A stretch of 64,000 bases of DNA from Candidatus Versatilivorator sp. (GTDB taxonomy: Bacteria > Acidobacteriota > Terriglobia > Versatilivoradales > Versatilivoraceae): contig OZ242296.1 of the NCBI GenBank assembly GCA_965207735.1, positions 2,784,001 to 2,848,000 on the forward strand, in the 5' to 3' direction. A program made the translations under genes and the position numbers. The notes beneath the pieces were generated by a model that did not search any database, was not told the origin of the DNA, and saw only the letters and a list, made by a program, of their open reading frames with translations. This document shows positions 32,802-41,820 of the stretch, in pieces (position 1 is the stretch's first letter; each line of letters opens with the position of its first letter).

Positions 32802-34796
32802 GTAGAGTCGAGGGGAGGCGCGCCGGCCTTAGATCGAGGGAGTCGCTGTTGCCGGCGGCTTTCGCCACTCGCCGGTGCCTCAATCTCGTTCCTCGCTGCG
32901 TTTCCTCGCCCCCGCTCGTCAAACCGGACGTGCGGTTTTCCCGCATCCGGCTTTCAGTCAAGATCATGCCTTCGCCCTCGGAAGGCTCTGTGGCTTCGAC
33001 CCCAGGCAAGTGAGTCCATAGGTTTTCCATAGTCTCTCGTCCGAGAAGCGCACACTCCCCCCGGTCCTCACCTTGTGCTTCCGACAGAGCCACTGACGCA
33101 GCCGCCCGCCCGCGTGGCGGTCGATCGCTCGGTAGGCCGGGCTCACCTGCCCCAGAACGAAGTAGTTCGCCCACCCGGTCATCGCCCGGTTCAGGTGTTC
33201 TACCATCTGTCCTCGAAGCAGCGTCCCGTTCCTCGGCGCCGTCCACTCGCTGATCTTGCGGCAGATGCTCTGGACGCTCGCCTGGCTGGGTCGTGTGCCG
33301 ATGTAGGCTCCTTTCCCTTTGGGGCGATAGTTGCGTCCGATGCGATATCCCAGAAACCCCATCGGTTCCTCCGGACACCGCAAGCATCGGGTCTTCCGCT
33401 CGTTGACCGGTAGCTTCAGCTCCTCCATGATCCGCTTGACCGCCGTCAGCATCTCTGCCGCCGGTGCCCTGCCGAGTACACGGAAGTCATCCGCATAGTT
33501 GACGATCTCCGCACAGAAGCGCCGGGCATATCCCAGCACCTTCCAGCCCAAAACGAAGCGCCGCATGTAGAGATTGCTGAGCAACGGTGAGATCGGGGCT
33601 CCTTGCGGTGTCCCCTTCCGCTCCCGGCGCCCTCGGTTCCGGCGGCGTCTGCCACCCTTCCCGTCGTCCTCCTCCACCGGCATCTCCAGCCATGCCTTGA
33701 TGAGCTTGAGCATCCTCCCGTCACTCACGCGCCGGGCAATGCTTCGAATCAGCTCCGCATGCGGAATCTCGCCGAAGTAGTTGGACAGGTCGCCGTCAAC
33801 CACCTCCTGGTAACCCCTTTGCAGGAGTTCATGCACGCGTTTGACCGCGTCGTTGGCACTCCGCCCCCGCCGATAGCCATATTGCTCCGGTTGCAGGTCC
33901 GCTTCGAAGATCGGCTCCAACACCAGCAAAGCCGCCGTCTGCGCTACCCGGTCCCGTATGCAGGGTATGCCCAAAGGCCGGAACTTGCCGGGCTGTTTCT
34001 TCGGGATCAGCACCTGCCGCACCGGCTTCGGTACGTAGGTTCCTTCCCTCAGGTCCCGCGCCAGTTCCCCCAGCCAGCCCTCCACCCCATACGCCTCGAT
34101 GTCCTTGAAGCCCTCCCCGTCCACCCCGGCCGACCCGCCGTTTCGGCGTACCTGTGCCCAGGCTTCCTTCAGAAAGTCCTCTCGCCACACCTTGTCCGAC
34201 AGCGCATGAAACCGCCGCTTGGGGTCCTCCTTCGCTTTCGCATGTAGCATGGTCTGGAATTTCCGAACCCCCTCTGACCCTGTTAGACTCTTGTCAGTGG
34301 CCACGCCTTGCCTCCTTTCCATGCTGCTCTCAACTCAGGGTCCCTTCCCTCCACCGGCGTTACCCGGCTTCTCCGGTACTACCGACCCATCCGCCACCCT
34401 GACGGCCCGGCCTGCCCCTCGCGGGGTCCCGGTTGATGTGTGCCGCATCTCCCCCAGGGCTTCCCGTGTTGCTGCCTTCTTCCCCTTCCATGCGTGCCAG
34501 CGTCACTACCCCGACGGAAGCGGATCGGTGCCCGCGTCGCTCTCTTCCCCATCCGCCAACGGCCTTCCCCTAAAGACAGGAGGGTCGGCTTCCGTATTGT
34601 CCGTTTCGAGGCCTGCTCGACGTTCACTCGCGTTCCGGCCCGCATGCTCGCTGAGCCGCCCTTGGCGGCCCTTGACCCCAGAGTGCTTCAGACCATTTCG
34701 TTACCTCCATGATCCGCCCTGGCTGCTACCAACCGGAGCGACAGTTGTTGGGCGGGGTTCGCACCCGCCAGAAGAAGGCGCCTTTCCACGGCGCAC
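32802..34796 (-). mobile_element. Group II intron (~2.0 kb)
   Basis: 5' GTGCG at 34796; domain V GAAAGCCGGATGCGGGAAAACCGCACGTCCGGTTT; 3' end ...CTCTAC at 32802; removal restores CCACGAAGACA|CACGAAGGA. Confidence 0.92.
32964..34322 (-). CDS. ltrA: Group II intron reverse transcriptase/maturase, no endonuclease domain
   Basis: RPLGIP..RDRVAQ, GTPQGAPISPLLSNLY, YADD, domain X GWANYF. Confidence 0.95.
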   Translation of the reverse strand: MERRQGVATDKSLTGSEGVRKFQTMLHAKAKEDPKRRFHALSDKVWREDFLKEAWAQVRRNGGSAGVDGEGFKDIEAYGVEGWLGELARDLREGTYVPKPVRQVLIPKKQPGKFRPLGIPCIRDRVAQTAALLVLEPIFEADLQPEQYGYRRGRSANDAVKRVHELLQRGYQEVVDGDLSNYFGEIPHAELIRSIARRVSDGRMLKLIKAWLEMPVEEDDGKGGRRRRNRGRRERKGTPQGAPISPLLSNLYMRRFVLGWKVLGYARRFCAEIVNYADDFRVLGRAPAAEMLTAVKRIMEELKLPVNERKTRCLRCPEEPMGFLGYRIGRNYRPKGKGAYIGTRPSQASVQSICRKISEWTAPRNGTLLRGQMVEHLNRAMTGWANYFVLGQVSPAYRAIDRHAGGRLRQWLCRKHKVRTGGSVRFSDERLWKTYGLTCLGSKPQSLPRAKA

Positions 34797-34885
34797 TGTC
34801 TTCGTGGATCACTCTTTTTCGGTTGTTTCAGGCAAGTCCCGCCCCCGCCCCCCACGACGGGGCGGATCATTCGAGGGTGAAACAA

Positions 34886-35085
34886 CGGATCATTGTGAAA
34901 GAATAAGCACCTGGCGAGACTCCGGCAGCTACGCCCCGTTTCAGCATTGGTGCCCCGTGCCCCAAGGCAAGTCTGGGTCCGAGCAGGTCATCATTCATTA
35001 GTGAGGCTTCCCGGGAAGTTCTCCTCAAGGCAAGAATCCGAACGACCACGCCAACTCGGGCCGGAGCCCTCGCTCTCGAGGAGGC
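34886..35085 (+). ncRNA. Candidate IS110 bridge RNA region (5' non-coding end; second copy at about 25608-25807 on the minus strand)
   Basis: ~200-nt non-coding segment upstream of the recombinase with hairpins and short matches to the junction; IS110 elements are known to encode bridge RNAs in a non-coding end; boundaries inferred. Confidence 0.5.
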
Positions 35086-35092
35086 CAATCTC

Positions 35093-36487
35093 ATGCAAAA
35101 GAGCAGGAAAGTCAACACGAAGGCGAAGAAGAAGCGCAGCCGTTCGACGGCCTTGTCGCGGATCCACCCCGAGGTGGCAGGGATCGACCTGGGGAGTCGG
35201 GAGCACTGGGTGTGCGCTCCGGAGGTAACCCCAGGGAAGCCGAACGTGCGCACCTTCGGCACCACCATGCCGCAGTTGCAGCATCTGGCCGACTGGTTGC
35301 TGGAACAAGGGGTGGAGTCGGTGGCGATGGAGAGCACCAACGTGTATTGGATTCCCCTCTACGAACTGCTGGAGTCCTGCGGCATCGAGGTGCTGCTGGT
35401 CAACGCCCGGCAGTTGCGCTACGTTCCGGGCCGCAAGACCGACATGCGGGACTGCCAGTGGATCCAGTTGCTGCACAGCTGCGGCTTGCTGCGGGGATCC
35501 TTCCGTCCGCACGAGGCGATCGTCCGGGTTCGGACCCTGCACCGGCAACTGAGCACTCTGGGGGCCGAGAGTACCCGCTTTGTGCAGTGGATGCAGAAGG
35601 CGCTGGATCAGATGAACGTCCAGATCCATCGTGCGGTCACCGATCTGACCGGTCAGACGGGGATGGCGATCGTGCGGGCGATTGTCGACGGCGAACGGGA
35701 CCCGGTCCGTCTGGCGGGTCTGCGGGACCGACGGTGCAAGAAGTCCAGCCGGGAGTTTGCCGAGCACCTCACGGGCAACTGGCGCGACGAGCATCTGTTC
35801 AACCTCAAGTCGGCGCTGAAGCTCTACGACATGACTCAACGCGAGATTGCGGCCTATGAGGCCCGCATTCTGGAGGAAATCCAAGCGCTGCAACCGGTGG
35901 AGCGCCGCGACCAGCCCGTGCCGAAGCATCCCAATGCGATCAAGGAAAAGGCGATTAGCCGCCGAGGCGGGCACCACCTGCGCACCGAACTGTGGCGCTT
36001 TGCCGGGGTCGATCTGACGCGCATCGACGGCATCGGCACCGAAGCGGCCCTGACCCTGCTGACTGAGGCCGGCCTCGACCTGACGGCCTTCCCCTCGGAG
36101 AAGCACTTTGTATCCTGGCTGCGCCTGGCTCCAAAAACGGCCGTCTCCGCAGGCAAGCCGCTCCACTACAAGAAGGCCAACAGCACCGGGTCTACTCGCG
36201 CCGCCGCCGTCCTGCGCATGGCAGCCGTCTCTCTGAAGCACTCCAAGACCGCTCTGGGGGCCGCCTTCCGTCGCAAGGCCCGCCACAAGGGATGGACCGT
36301 CGCCGTCTTCTCCATGGCCCGCCGGCTGGCCGTTCTCGTCTACCGCATGCTGCGCTACGGCCAGGACTACATCGACATCGGGGAAGCGTGCTACGAAGAC
36401 CGGTTCCGGAGACGCCGCCTCGCGGGCCTCAAAGATGCTGCTAAGTCTCTTGGTTTCAACCTAGTTCCACAAATCGCAGCCGCTTGA
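35093..36487 (+). CDS. IS110-family DEDD recombinase/transposase
   Basis: Same protein as copy 1 apart from KTDMR vs KTDMQ. Confidence 0.95.
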   Translation: MQKSRKVNTKAKKKRSRSTALSRIHPEVAGIDLGSREHWVCAPEVTPGKPNVRTFGTTMPQLQHLADWLLEQGVESVAMESTNVYWIPLYELLESCGIEVLLVNARQLRYVPGRKTDMRDCQWIQLLHSCGLLRGSFRPHEAIVRVRTLHRQLSTLGAESTRFVQWMQKALDQMNVQIHRAVTDLTGQTGMAIVRAIVDGERDPVRLAGLRDRRCKKSSREFAEHLTGNWRDEHLFNLKSALKLYDMTQREIAAYEARILEEIQALQPVERRDQPVPKHPNAIKEKAISRRGGHHLRTELWRFAGVDLTRIDGIGTEAALTLLTEAGLDLTAFPSEKHFVSWLRLAPKTAVSAGKPLHYKKANSTGSTRAAAVLRMAAVSLKHSKTALGAAFRRKARHKGWTVAVFSMARRLAVLVYRMLRYGQDYIDIGEACYEDRFRRRRLAGLKDAAKSLGFNLVPQIAAA

Positions 36488-36667
36488 ACTGCGGGGTTGT
36501 TTCAGGCAAGCCGAGCCCCCGCCCTGGTGTGCGGATCATACATAGAGTGAAACAATCGGAAATCGATCAACCCTTCGCGAACATTGGTACCCCGTCGCGA
36601 CCAACCTCAGCGCCTTAGTGCCCCTTCGTCGTTCTTCGTGCCCCTTCGTGGATTTCTTTGTTCTTTT

Positions 36668-38154
36668 GAGCCTTTTGCAAAATTCGCAGATAGCGGGAAT
36701 TTTCACGTGGGGAAAGATCAAGGAGGGCAGGTGGAAGGAGGGGCAAGACCACTGTCTGTTGTATCATGAAGGTGTCTGAACCACATGATGAACGGAGGTG
36801 GAACTTGCCCCTTAGGGAAACCCTATCACGACACTGGTTCCGGTTTCAACGAGAGCTGTTTCCCCTGCTGGAGGAAGTTTTGGGGCCTCTGGGAGAGCGT
36901 TACCAGCGGCTGGTGCAGGTATTGGAGTTGGTGCGGGTGGAGGAGTTGCTGCCTTACAGTCGGGGCTGGCGTGGCCGGCCGCTGGAGGATCGGGCAGTGC
37001 TGGCGCGAGCCTATCTGGCGAAGTCGATGCTGGAGGTGGCGACCACGCGGGGATTGGTGGAGCGGCTGAGGAGTGAGGGGAGGCTGCGGCGGCTGTGCGG
37101 CTGGGAGAGGGCGTGGGAGGTACCGAGCGAGTCGACCTTCTCGCGGGCCTTTGCGGAATTCGCTGAGAGCGACCTGCCGGGGCGTTTGCACGAGGCATTG
37201 CTGGAGGAGACGCTGAAGGGCCACTTGGCGGGGCATGTGTCGAGGGACTCGACGGCGATTGCGGGACGGGAAAAGCCAGCGGCCAAGGCTGCGCCGGAGG
37301 CCAAGCGGAAACGCCGGCGGGGCCGGCCGCCGAAGGGCGAGCGACGGCCCAAGCGGTTGAGCCGGCTGGAGCGGCAGGGGTCGATGACGCTGGAGGAAAT
37401 GTTGAAGGAGTTGCCCAAGGCCTGCGACATCGGCGTCAAGCGCAACGCCAAGGGGCATCAGGAGAGCTGGACCGGCTACAAGCTACACCTCGACGCCATT
37501 GACGGCGGGATTCCGGTCAGTTGTCTGCTGACCTCGGCCTCGGTGCATGACTCTCAGGCAGCCATTCCGCTGGCGACGCTGACGGCAAGGCGGGTCGAGA
37601 GTCTCTACGACTTGATGGACAGCGCCTACGATGCGCCGGAGATCCGGGCCTTCAGTGAGAAGCTGGGGCATGTGCCGATTATTGACGTCAACCCCCGCCG
37701 AAGAGCTACCTTGAAAGCCGAGCGGAAGCGGGAGGCACTGGCCCGGCGCTGTATCGGCCAAGTGACTCCCGAGGCGCGGCGCTACCGGGAACGCTCGACG
37801 GTGGAGCGGGTCAACGGACGGCTCAAGGAGGAGTTTGGCGGGAGGCAGGTGAGGGTTCGCGGCCCCGACAAGGTGAGGTGCCACCTGATGTTCGGCATTC
37901 TGGCCCTGACGGTGGATCAGTTGATGCGCCTGACGCTCTGAAGACCGGGTTGCCACCCCCAACCGCACAGCAGGTTCGCCCGCCTCAAGGCCGGGAGAGG
38001 GTAAGCTGTGCCTGCGTCCGGCGACCGCTGGCCATCCGGCCATCAGATTCGGGCTTTTTCCTTCAAAAGGGTCTTTGCAGCTGGGTAGTCACCGCCGGAA
38101 CATCACTGTTGCCAGCCCAATGTCATGCCCGATTCCGAATTTTGCAAAAGGCTC
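36668..38154 (+). mobile_element. DDE insertion sequence (IS4/IS5/IS1182-like)
   Basis: 19-bp TIRs GAGCCTTTTGCAAAATTCG at 36668-36686 and 38136-38154; no target duplication visible. Confidence 0.88.
36766..37941 (+). CDS. DDE transposase
   Basis: PSESTFSR, RDSTAI, GYKLH, MDSAYD, YRERSTVERVNGRLK. Confidence 0.92.
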   Translation: MKVSEPHDERRWNLPLRETLSRHWFRFQRELFPLLEEVLGPLGERYQRLVQVLELVRVEELLPYSRGWRGRPLEDRAVLARAYLAKSMLEVATTRGLVERLRSEGRLRRLCGWERAWEVPSESTFSRAFAEFAESDLPGRLHEALLEETLKGHLAGHVSRDSTAIAGREKPAAKAAPEAKRKRRRGRPPKGERRPKRLSRLERQGSMTLEEMLKELPKACDIGVKRNAKGHQESWTGYKLHLDAIDGGIPVSCLLTSASVHDSQAAIPLATLTARRVESLYDLMDSAYDAPEIRAFSEKLGHVPIIDVNPRRRATLKAERKREALARRCIGQVTPEARRYRERSTVERVNGRLKEEFGGRQVRVRGPDKVRCHLMFGILALTVDQLMRLTL

Positions 38155-38199
38155 GTAATGAAAATGTAGGCCTCCGTTGGATAAGACGTGGCCAGTCTG

Positions 38200-39290
38200 G
38201 TCGAACAGGTCCGAGCGGGCATAGGCCGCCTCGACCCGGTTTCGGACCACATGCGCCAGGGCCGCCTCGATCACCTCCCGGGAATGATCCGTCTCTTCGG
38301 CCGCCCATTCCCGGAAGCTGGATCTAGACCCGTGCGGCACCGCTGCAATCCCCTGCTCGCGGACCAGCCACCGCAGCTCCTTGTCACTGAGCGGCTTCCC
38401 GCTCCCATGGGTGAACACCAGCGGACCGGCTCCCCCCTCCAGTGACTGCGCCGCTTCGAGAATCTCCAGGGCTCGCCCACACAGCGGCACCCGATGCTTC
38501 CGGTTCGCCTTCATCCGACTGGCCGGGACGGTCCATACACCAGCGTCCCGATCGATCTCCTCCCACTCGGCCCAGCGCACCTCACTCCACCTGGCCGCCG
38601 TCAGCACCAGAAACTCGAAGGCCAGCTTCGCGGCCGGCAGCGCCTCCGATCCCCGCACCGTCCGGATCGCCGCAGCCACCTCCCGATGGGGCAAGGCCTG
38701 CATGTGCTCGGCAACGTCATGCTGGGGACCCAGGACCGGGCCGATCCGGTCGCAGGGGTTGTCGATTCTGTACTGCATGGCTACGGCCCATTCCAGGACC
38801 GCCCGCAGGCGTTGGCGCACCCGCCGGGCGCTGGAGGCCTTCCGGTGCCAGATAGGGGTGAGGATGTCAAGCAGATCGGCGCTGGTGACCTCTGAGACCG
38901 GCATCTTGCCGATGCGGGGGAAGGCGAACCGCCTCAGGCTGGACAGCCACTCGCGGTGGTGACGCCGGCCGCGCCAGCCGTCCCGCTTCTGTTCCAGCAC
39001 ACGCAAGGCGGCTTCGGCGAAGGTGGGGATGCCCTCGGCGCGGCGTTTCTCGGCAGGGGGGTCTCCACCCTCACGAGCGAGCTTGCGGTTAGCCAGCGCT
39101 TTCTCCCGGGCCTCGGCCAGGGAGACCAGGGCGACGCTGCCGAGTCCGAGCTCCCGGCGACGGCCACGGACGACGAGGCGTTGAATCCAACTGCGGGTTC
39201 CGCCGGGCTGGACGAAGAGGTACAATCCGTTTCCATCGGCGTGTCTTCCGGGCGGAGCGGAGCGGAGGAAGGCGGCCGAGAGGGCGTTGC
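38200..39290 (-). pseudogene. P4-like tyrosine integrase with arm-binding domain, apparently truncated at both ends
   Basis: ADGNGLYL, RELGLGS, LTAARWSE, HRVPL, HGSRSSFR, LAH, AAYARSDL; no plausible start codon and sequence diverges right after SDLF. Confidence 0.75.
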
Positions 39291-39489
39291 GGCGGCGGCA
39301 GCAATCTTTCCTGGAGTTCAATCTTAGGCAGGCGCGGGTGCGCCCGGCACAGTCTGTACCGTGATGGATCGCCCAAAAAGCGTTGCAACGTACTGAAGAC
39401 AAATATTTTGCCAGCTGAGGTCCCACTCCCTGGTGAGTAATGCGGCCAACTGCAGCAGCCCAGGAAAACTGGCGGCACGCAACGGGAGA

Positions 39490-39514
39490 GGATGCGGGCG
39501 GGACGCCCGCATCC
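39490..39514. repeat. REP-like hairpin
   Basis: GGATGCGGGCGGGACGCCCGCATCC, 11-bp stem. Confidence 0.55.
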
Positions 39515-39705
39515 CGGGGGATGCCAGCCCGCCGGTTGGAGGTGTCTGGCGGGCGACTTCTCATAAACCCGGCACGCACCCTGCCGGGTCCGGAAGGCTT
39601 GACGGGTTGTCGACCGAAGCTTTAGCCTTGATTTCCCGGTTGTATGTCGCCGGAAAACGCTGATCATTCAAGTTTCCCGGACGGGTTGGCGCGACCTGGA
39701 ATGCC

Positions 39706-40386
39706 TTGACCATGAAGCCCAATCTGATCGTTGGCGTCGGCGGGGGCACGGGCTCCGGCAAGACCACGCTCTCCCTGAAACTGGCGGAGTTCCTGGGACC
39801 GGAGCGGGTGCTGATTCTCTCTCAGGACCACTACTACCGGGACGCCGGCCGTCTCCCCGCCGAGCAACGGGCCCGACAGAACTTCGATCGGCCGGAAGCG
39901 GTGGATTTCGAGTTGCTGGTCCGGCATCTGAAGCAACTGCAAGCGGGCCTGGCAATTGCCCGCCCAGTTTACGATTTCAGACAGCACCTTCGCCTGGAGG
40001 CCACGGAGCCGGCCCTTCCCCTCCCGGTCATTCTGGTGGAGGGGACGCTGGTCTTCGCGTCAGAGGAGCTGGTCGGCTGTTTCGACCTCAAGCTCTTTGT
40101 GGATGCGGATCCCGACATCCGCTTCATCCGCCGCCTGAAGCGCGACATGCGGGAACGCGGACGGAGCGTGGAATCGATCGTCCACCAGTACCTGCAGACG
40201 GTGCGGCCCATGCATCTGCGTTTTGTCGAGCCGGCGCGGCGGCATGCCGATATGGTGATCTCCGGGGTGGACGGAATCGAGCAGCAGGTTGCCGCGGTGG
40301 GAGCACAGATCAGGAAGGCAGCAATAACAAAAAGATATCCACGAAGGGGCACCAAGGACCACGAAGGGACACGAAGAAAGACTTAA
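39706..40386 (+). CDS. udk: Uridine kinase
   Basis: GGGTGSGKTT, QDHYY, NFDRP, RRLKRD..ERGR, VRPMH; the last ~16 codons derive from a CACGAAG repeat. Confidence 0.93.
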   Translation: MTMKPNLIVGVGGGTGSGKTTLSLKLAEFLGPERVLILSQDHYYRDAGRLPAEQRARQNFDRPEAVDFELLVRHLKQLQAGLAIARPVYDFRQHLRLEATEPALPLPVILVEGTLVFASEELVGCFDLKLFVDADPDIRFIRRLKRDMRERGRSVESIVHQYLQTVRPMHLRFVEPARRHADMVISGVDGIEQQVAAVGAQIRKAAITKRYPRRGTKDHEGTRRKT

Positions 40387-40501
40387 CGACAATGAGGCTC
40401 TGAGCCACCAAGCGGTGCCGCCGCGTCCCTCAAAACCCAGCGGTTTAGTGGAATGCGTTGTGCGCATCGTTGCCACTCCAAGAATCTCTATTTAACGTCT
40501 G

Positions 40502-40881
40502 GAACCTTTTGCAATATTCCGCAGGCAAAAACTTTATGGTCGGGAGAGGGGACAGGGAATTCGAGGGGGAGGTCCGCTCTGTGCCTGAATGGCCACAAGA
40601 GGCACAAAAGCTGGAATCAGCAGGTCTCAAATCTCATGGAGGAACCAGGGTTCACAGAACGCGGCTCTCCGTCGAACGGCCACAAAAGGCACAAACGCGG
40701 GATTGGGCAAGACTGGAGCCTTATTTTGTGACTTTTGTGCTTTTTGTGGTTGAGCCGTTTACCCCATTGGCTGGACAGCGGGAACTTTCCGGGGAGAAGC
40801 CAGGGGAGAGGTCACTGACGGGGCAAGTCCGCTCTCTGTTGTCTCATGGAAACGCTCGATTCCGAATTTCGCAAAAGGCTG
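40502..40881 (+). mobile_element. 380-bp MITE derived from the 36668-38154 IS family
   Basis: TIRs GAACCTTTTGCAATATTC / GAATTTCGCAAAAGGCTG; 5-bp duplication GTCTG at 40497-40501 and 40882-40886; interior resembles the IS left end. Confidence 0.85.
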
Positions 40882-40970
40882 GTCTGTTCCGGGAATATTT
40901 TAAAAATTTCGAGAACCGATTTGTCCTGCTCGTAGTGAGCAATCCAGGGTAGGGGAAGGAGGCCAGGTTC

Positions 40971-41567
40971 GTGAGAGTCGACATCATGCAAACGGGTTTG
41001 GAGTACGACGGCTTCATCCGGATTGAGAGGGCCGACCTCGCTTTCGAGAAGTTCAGTGGGGAGATGAGCGGCGCCGTCCGGCGTTACCGCTACCACCGAG
41101 GGGATGTGGCGGCGGTGATGATTTACGACGCGGGTCAAGATCGGGTGCTGTTGATCCGCCAGTTCCGTTTTGCGGTGCACGCCCGCACCGGAAATGGCTG
41201 GGTAACGGAGTGCGTGGCGGGAATCCAGGAGAAAGGGGAGTCCATCGAGGCCGTGGCTCGCCGGGAGGTCATGGAGGAGACCGGGCTCGAGCTGGCGGGG
41301 CTGGAGTTGCTGGCCGAGTATTTCTTCAGTCCCGGTGGCTGCTCCGACAAGATTCATCTGTTCCTGGGCACCCTGGAGGATCCGGAGCGGTCCCTGGGAG
41401 TTCACGGCGTCGCGCAGGAAGACGAGGACATTCAGGCCTGCTGGGTGCCCTTGAGCCAGGCTCTGGAAATGGCCCGCGCCAGGCAGATCCAGGACGCCAA
41501 GACGCTTATCGGGCTCCACATGCTGGAGAGTCGACTCCACCGCGAAACGAGGGCGGATGGACCGTGA
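40971..41567 (+). CDS. NUDIX hydrolase (ADP-ribose pyrophosphatase-like)
   Basis: Nudix box G.....E....ARREVMEETG; SPGG; IQDAKT. Confidence 0.9.
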   Translation: MRVDIMQTGLEYDGFIRIERADLAFEKFSGEMSGAVRRYRYHRGDVAAVMIYDAGQDRVLLIRQFRFAVHARTGNGWVTECVAGIQEKGESIEAVARREVMEETGLELAGLELLAEYFFSPGGCSDKIHLFLGTLEDPERSLGVHGVAQEDEDIQACWVPLSQALEMARARQIQDAKTLIGLHMLESRLHRETRADGP

Positions 41568-41630
41568 GCGCTACGGCTCAGCCGACTTCCCGCCCCACTC
41601 GACGCGAGGGCTCATTCGGGGGGGGAAGGC

Positions 41631-41820
41631 AAGTGGAGAGTGAAGAGTTGTCATTGGAGGGTTCCGGGAACACGCAAGCGCCTTGTGACGTGGTTGCACT
41701 ATTCATGCGGCTGCGCCAAGATCAACACGATGCTCAACGTGTTGATTCTCTCCACTCTCCACTCCCCACTCCCCACTCCCCACTCTCCACTCTCCACTCT
41801 TCACTCTCCACTCTTCACTT
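41631..41820. repeat. Inverted 7-mer tandem repeats (CACTC(T/C)C) bracketing ~100 bp
   Basis: About ten units at 41747-41820 and the complementary AAGTGGAGAGTGAAGAGT at 41631-41648. Confidence 0.85.

Larger units (their letters stand above)
34837..36510 (+). mobile_element. IS110-family element, copy 2 (1674 bp)
   Basis: Inverted near-identical copy of 24183-25856; TTGTTTCAGGCAAG at both junctions. Confidence 0.88.
32367..36667 (+). repeat. Array B: cassette (containing the group II intron), IS110, then a truncated ~185-bp cassette
   Basis: Left-end-like GCGGATCGTTCGAGGAAAAAC at 32387; junctions TTGTTTCAGGCAAG at 34823 and 36497; 36511-36667 matches the array A units. Confidence 0.7.

Noticed and set aside
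32964-34322. RT as part of a DGR, retron or defence system
   Set aside because: Complete group II intron boundaries, domain V and a maturase domain are present; no adenine-specific TR/VR pair was seen.
38089-39579. Integron integrase with attC cassette arrays
   Set aside because: The integrase is a P4-like arm-domain type and looks truncated; the junctions lack RYYYAAC/GTTRRRY attC ends and match IS110 termini instead.
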